Positions 8,801 through 15,417 of a stretch of 15,417 nucleotides of DNA are shown piece by piece. The translations under genes were made by a program, and so were the position numbers. The stretch covers positions 1 to 15,417 of the forward strand of contig JBGAGQ010000101.1 in assembly GCA_044226625.1 (NCBI GenBank), in the 5' to 3' direction. The notes under the pieces were generated by a model. It saw only the letters and a program-made list of their open reading frames with translations. It had not been told where the DNA came from and did no database searches. Origin of the DNA: Thermoanaerobaculia bacterium (GTDB taxonomy: Bacteria > Acidobacteriota > Thermoanaerobaculia > Multivoradales > UBA5704). How positions within the stretch are numbered: the stretch's first letter is position 1; every line of letters begins with the position of its first letter.

Positions 8801-9001
8801 GGCGCGGGCACCAACCGGGCGATCGGCTCGGTGATCATGGGGGGACAGACGCTCGCGCTCCTGCTCACCCTGATCGGGACCCCGGTCGCCTACAGCCTGT
8901 TCGACGATCTGGTGGAAGCGCGCCTGTTCCAACGCCTCGGCCGGCGCATCGGCAGGCTGTTCGGGCGTGGCTCCGACGAGGCAGCCGCCGAGATCGGCTG
9001 A
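5855..9001 (+). CDS. RND efflux permease, AcrB/HAE1 (SwrC/MdtC-like) family, about 1048 codons, with frameshifts clustered at about 7790-8150 (probably sequencing errors)
   Basis: ATG 5855 overlaps the MFP stop. MNRLADLCIRRPVFA...VDRFPKVDFP, TM4 GIVIDDAVVVLEN, TM10 GIVKKNSILQID and TM11 RLRPILMTT are present, so the proton-relay residues are intact. RND-like peptides (GNAEIQFWL, PDLEQL...MPGVVDAD, LIVG, EQYEV) continue through the damaged region in alternating frames, and the original frame resumes at about 8153. Confidence 0.9.
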
Positions 9002-9017
9002 GGACACTCGATTGAAT

Positions 9018-9041
9018 CGCCGTCCGGGGAACCGGACGGCG
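9018..9041 (+). terminator. Strong stem-loop after the efflux operon (possible terminator or 3' stabilising hairpin)
   Basis: Perfect 10-bp stem CGCCGTCCGG-GGAA-CCGGACGGCG, 16 nt after the RND stop. There is no U-tract, so intrinsic termination is uncertain. Confidence 0.45.
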
Positions 9042-9148
9042 CCGTCCGCAAAAGCGAGGGCCATTGGAGGATTGCCGGCCCCCAGATCTCCATCCGTCCC
9101 CCCGGCCCTGCGATCGGTCCCGCGGACGAGCCGCTCCAGCCGAGAGCG

Positions 9149-9177
9149 GGAACCAGGGCTCGCGCTTTGCAGTCCGA
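9149..9177 (+). promoter_or_regulatory. Possible ECF (sigmaE-like) promoter for gene A
   Basis: GGAACCA-N16-GTCCGA lies 33 nt upstream of ATG 9211 and resembles the sigmaE-type GGAACTT-N15/16-GTCnAA consensus. Confidence 0.3.
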
Positions 9178-9210
9178 TCCTTCGAACGTTCCTTTTACGG
9201 AGGGCGGGCG

Positions 9211-10919
9211 ATGTCCCTGCGACGCGAGACGCTGAACCGAATGGTGGTCGGGTCACCTTGCCCGAAGGCGTGGGAGGATGACCGGGGATGAAAGCCGGCG
9301 GCACTGTGCCCAGTGCGACCGATCCGTTTTCAATTTCGCTTCGATGACCGAGAGGGAGATCGCGGCCCGGCTGGAGGCGACCCGGGGGCGCCTCTGCGGC
9401 CGGATCACCCGCGGCAAAGACGGTCGCCTCGTCGTGCTCGAAGCTCCGTTCGAGCCGATGGCCCCGGCAGGTCCGTCGGGCGCGCGTCCGCTACCTCTCG
9501 CGGCGACCCTGGTCACGGCGATGCTCGGCATCGCCTCGGCCGGCGCGCAGACCTCGCCGGCCGAATCGCCTTCCGCAGCGGGGTCGACGGTATCGCCGAC
9601 CGGCGAGACCTCGCGGCGCTCTCCAGGCTGAGCGCCCGGAGCATGGCAACGCTTCGCTGTTCGGCGTCGTCCAGGACGAAGAGGGCGGTCCGCTCCCGGG
9701 TTTCCAGGTCGTCGTCCGCAACGCGCTCGATGGCCGCCAATGGGAGACGGTCACCGCCGCCGACGGCGGCTACTCGTTCGACGACCTCGACCCCGGGGCC
9801 TTCTCGGTCACCGTTTCGGGGGCCGGTTTCGGCACCGCGTCGCTCACCGACGTGGTCCTCGAAGCCGGACAGAGCCGTAGGGGAAATCTCACCGTCTCCC
9901 CCGCGGTCGACGAGAGCTCCGTCACCACCGGCATCATCGCCGTGTCCCCAGATCCTCTGCGGAAGGTGTTCGGCCGGAGCACGCTCGCGGCGCTCGCGAC
10001 GGTCGGGGCGACGCGGCCGGCGGAAGATGGCGAGCTGATCACCGAACTGCGGCTGAACCTCGTGTTCAAGGGTCGGGGCACGGGCCGATCGGTGCGCATC
10101 TTGCGCCAGGCTCCCGAGGAATCGGACGCGACGTTCGTCCCGGGAACGAAAGTTCTCGCCCTTCTCTCGCCGCGCGAAGGGCCCCGGGGAAGGGCCGCGG
10201 CCGCGGACTACGAATCGGCCGACTACTACCAGGGCGTCCGCGTTCTCTCGGACGAGGAATGGCCGGTCTATCGCGAGCGGATCGGCGAGCTCACACGAGT
10301 GATGGATGATCCGTCCGATCCGCGCGACCTCGCCGAGTGGCTGGTCGCGACCGCCGAAGAGCCGCACCTGCGCGGCGAGGCGGCGAACGAGATCCGATCG
10401 CTGGGCGCGCTCGACGACATCGCCGAGGCGCAGGGCATCTCGTCGGAACACGCGGCAGCGGCGCTGCGCTTCGCACTTTCGAGACATCTCGACCAGGGCC
10501 GACCGCTCGATGGCGAAGCCTCCCTCCAGGAGATCGCCGCCTTCTTTACCGACGCGCATCGAAGCCGGCTGGAGGAAGCGCTGTTTGCGACCCATACCCA
10601 TTCCGAAGGGGATCTCTCGCTCTACAGCGTCGTCGAGCGCTTCGACCGCCAAGCCGCGACCGCTTGGCTGCTCCGTTCGGTACGCGATGCCAAAGCCGAA
10701 CCCGAGGCCTCGGCCATGCAACTCCTGAACGCTTTCGCCGAAACCGCCGGCGATCCGAAAATCGACGAGCGGGTACGCGCCGCCTGGGATGCTATCGACG
10801 ATCTCGCCGGAGACCTCTCCCCCCGGCCGACGCCGGAGGAGACGCGCCGCTTCCTCGAACGCTCGACCGCGATCGAGCAGGAGTTGATCGAGACCATCCA
10901 GAGAGAGCTCGGCCGATGA
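9211..10919 (+). CDS. Gene A: uncharacterised exported/membrane-anchored protein (Cys4 N-terminal domain + signal/TM + carboxypeptidase-regulatory-like domain + TIMP/NTR-like domain + helical domain), about 570 aa, with two frameshifts
   Basis: SD GGAGG at 9199-9203 and ATG 9211. Joining three frames (shifts at about 9277 and 9610-9625) gives MSLRRETLNRMVVGSPCPKAWE-MTGDESRRHCAQCDRSVFNFASMTEREI...RLCGRI, then hydrophobic LPLAATLVTAMLGIASAGAQ, then SLFGVVQDEEGGPLPGFQVVV...TAADGGYSFDDLDPGAFSVTVSGAGF (CarboxypepD_reg pattern), then ORF 9852..10919. Confidence 0.75.
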
Positions 10920-10998
10920 AAGCCGCGCTTCCACCCCGGTCCGCGGTTTGCAGTAACCATCTGGCAGATCCTCACGCCTGTGGATCGGGAGCCTCGAA

Positions 10999-12251
10999 AT
11001 GGTCGGTCGGAAGGGCAGTCGCAGCGGGTTGGAAACCAACTTATCTCTCGATTCGAGCCGCACCCTGCCGATCGAGGGAGCGGCCGTTCGGAAAAGTGTG
11101 CCGCCGGCCCACCGGCAATTTTTGAATTTCCAAGGCCTCGGCGTGTTCGCCGGGCTGCTCCTACTTGCCGGCTCGCTGTCGACCGCCGCACTCGCCCAGG
11201 GGCCCGACAACGGAATCGAAACCGAGTCGGAAGCCTGGGAACGGCTCGACCAGGGCGACCTGCCGATCGGGGCGGAGCCGTTGCGACAGCTGATCGACGA
11301 GAGCGAGCTGGTGGTTCTCGGAAGCGCGGCCACCTCCGTTCCCACGCGCGACGGGAGCGAGTCGGTGACCGACCTGCGGCTGGATCTCGTCCTCAAAGGT
11401 CGAGAGACCGCACAGCACCTGAAGGTCGTCCACTTGACGCCACGGGGGGGCGACGAAGCGGCGTTCGCGCCGGGAGATCTCTTGCTCGCCTTCCTCCATC
11501 GCCGTGGCGACGGCGCGTACGAGCCGGTCGATGCCACGTTCGGCATGAAGGCCCCGGGCGCCGACGCGCTCGCGGCTTATCGGGAACGGATCGAGAGCTT
11601 CCTCGGCCTGCCGCGTGATGCCGGAATGAACCCGGCCGACCTCGCGGAGTGGTTGGTCGCGACGACGGAAGAGCCGCTCACCCGAAAGGCCGGCGCGAGC
11701 GAGCTTCTCTCCTGTCTCGACGCCCTGGCCGAGATGGGGCGGGCGCGCAAAGCCCCCGAGACCCAGGTGGCGGGCGACCTGCGATCGTTCATCGCCAGCC
11801 GGCTCGCGGCCGGCCGAGCCCTGGACACCGAGCCGATCCCGGCCCTGGTCGGGGCGTTCCTCACCGGCGAACAAAAAGTGCGGCTGGAGACCGCGCTCGA
11901 AAGCACCCGGACCCTCGACCGGGCCGATCTCACCCTTTACGAGATCGTCAAGACCTGGGATCGGGAGGAAGCCCTGCCTGGTTCGTCCGGCAGTTGCGCG
12001 ATGTGGAGCCCGCGGCTTCGCCCCACGCCCCGGCGGATCTCGGGGTCGAGATCATGGACGCGCTCGCCCGGGAGCTCGCGCGCCCGGACCTCGAAGGGCT
12101 GGTCAAGACCGCTCAAGATCGGCTGATCGCGATCTACTCCGATCCGTCCTCCTTCGCCTCCGAGGCCGGCTCGGGCCGCCGCCAGGTTCGGGAGGCCGAG
12201 GTCGAACGGGCGCTGCTCCGAGATTTCCGGCTCGCTCTCGCTGCCGACTGA
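10999..12251 (+). CDS. Gene B: uncharacterised secreted protein, paralog of the C-terminal half of gene A, with one frameshift at about 11976 (true start uncertain, 10999-11098)
   Basis: Signal peptide GLGVFAGLLLLAGSLSTAALA|Q. It aligns by eye with gene A (LRLDLVLKGR/LRLNLVFKGR, YRERI, DLAEWLVATxEEP, DLxLY). Adding 1 nt after GCCCTG restores WDREEAL(A)WFVRQLRD, matching FDRQAATAWLLRSVRD in gene A, and the frame runs to TGA 12249-12251. Confidence 0.78.
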
Positions 12252-12284
12252 AGAGAGATCCAAACCTGAATTCCGTTTGGAGCG

Positions 12285-12321
12285 AGCCCGAGGGGGACGA
12301 GGGCTCCCTTCCCGTCGGGCT
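12285..12321 (+). terminator. Imperfect GC-rich hairpin downstream of gene B (possible terminator)
   Basis: AGCCCGA (12285-12291) pairs with TCGGGCT (12315-12321), with further inner GGGGA/TCCC pairing. It is followed at a short distance by GTTATCTTT. Confidence 0.3.
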
Positions 12322-12325
12322 GAGC

Positions 12326-12334
12326 TGTTATCTT
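12326..12334 (+). promoter_or_regulatory. Putative extended -10 element (TG-T-TATCTT) for acnA
   Basis: TGnTAnnnT match in an AT-rich patch about 100 nt upstream of the acnA ATG; SD GAGGAG at 12421-12426. Confidence 0.4.
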
Positions 12335-12434
12335 TGGCGTCCGACACGCGCGCGGTCCTTCCGAGATCTCCCCCTCTCGCTTTCAATCCAGTCCGCGCGG
12401 ATCCGGTCCGAATCCGTTCCGAGGAGACATTTCC

Positions 12435-15230
<2,796 letters not shown>

Positions 15231-15234
<4 letters not shown>

Positions 15235-15417
15235 TCCTCGCCAGGCCTCCGCCAAGCCGCCGAAAGGCTCCTGCGCCGCTTCCGGGAGGCGCCGGACCGG
15301 GATTCGAGCGAGAGCGAGCAGGTGCGAAGCGCGTTCACGCGGGCCTACCTGCTCAACCTCTGGGAGGACTCCGGAGTCGCGCTCGGGCCCGGGATCGACC
15401 CTCGCGCGCACGGAAGC
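15231..15417 (+). CDS. Possible 5' fragment of a downstream hypothetical protein (truncated by the window, probable frameshift near its start)
   Basis: The frame after TGA 15232-15234 reads [58 protein letters not shown] with mostly G/C third positions. GTG 15231 would give a GTGA overlap but is out of frame as sequenced. Confidence 0.3.

Noticed and set aside
3487-9001. Heavy-metal (CusCBA/CzcCBA) efflux assignment
   Set aside because: The permease shows HAE1-type motifs (GIVIDDAVV, GIVKKNSIL), and neither it nor the MFP has Met/His-rich metal-binding segments. The substrate cannot be inferred.
9271-9280. Programmed frameshift or phase variation in gene A
   Set aside because: There is no canonical slippery heptamer or long homopolymer, and conserved acnA nearby has the same kind of indels, pointing to sequencing error.
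10953-11060. ECF-type promoter for gene B (GTAACC or GGAAAC candidates)
   Set aside because: There is no convincing -10 element at the correct spacing.
9513-11546. 677-aa antisense ORF spanning genes A and B
   Set aside because: It is low-complexity, R/S/A-rich and motif-free, and lies opposite two genes whose mutual paralogy supports the plus strand.
12386-12403. Iron-responsive-element-like loop in the acnA leader
   Set aside because: The sequence is CAGUCC rather than CAGUGN, and it lacks the IRE stem and bulged C.

Overview
This is a GC-rich (roughly 70% by eye) bacterial chromosomal segment with no mobile element, CRISPR array or RNA gene that I can support. The left part, on the minus strand, has a coupled run yqgE/algH -> NUDIX hydrolase -> YvlD-like 4-TM holin-family protein -> YdfG-like SDR, followed by a tandem pair of lipoprotein monoheme c-type cytochromes (the last one cut by the window edge and absent from the ORF track). 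A divergent promoter region with a palindromic operator overlapping a sigma70-like promoter drives a tripartite RND efflux operon (TolC-family OMF, MFP, HAE1-type permease) with no local regulator. Next are two uncharacterised, clearly paralogous exported proteins. Gene A (9211-10919) has an N-terminal Cys4 motif, a signal/TM segment, a carboxypeptidase-regulatory-like domain, a TIMP/NTR-like beta domain and a helical domain; gene B (about 11000-12251) has only a signal peptide plus the last two domains. The window ends with aconitase A (acnA) and possibly the start of one more gene. From about 7790 to the end every gene carries indel frameshifts, and acnA also has a garbled ~60-nt duplication; these are most likely uncorrected long-read errors. 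The A/B pair is the most novel-looking element.
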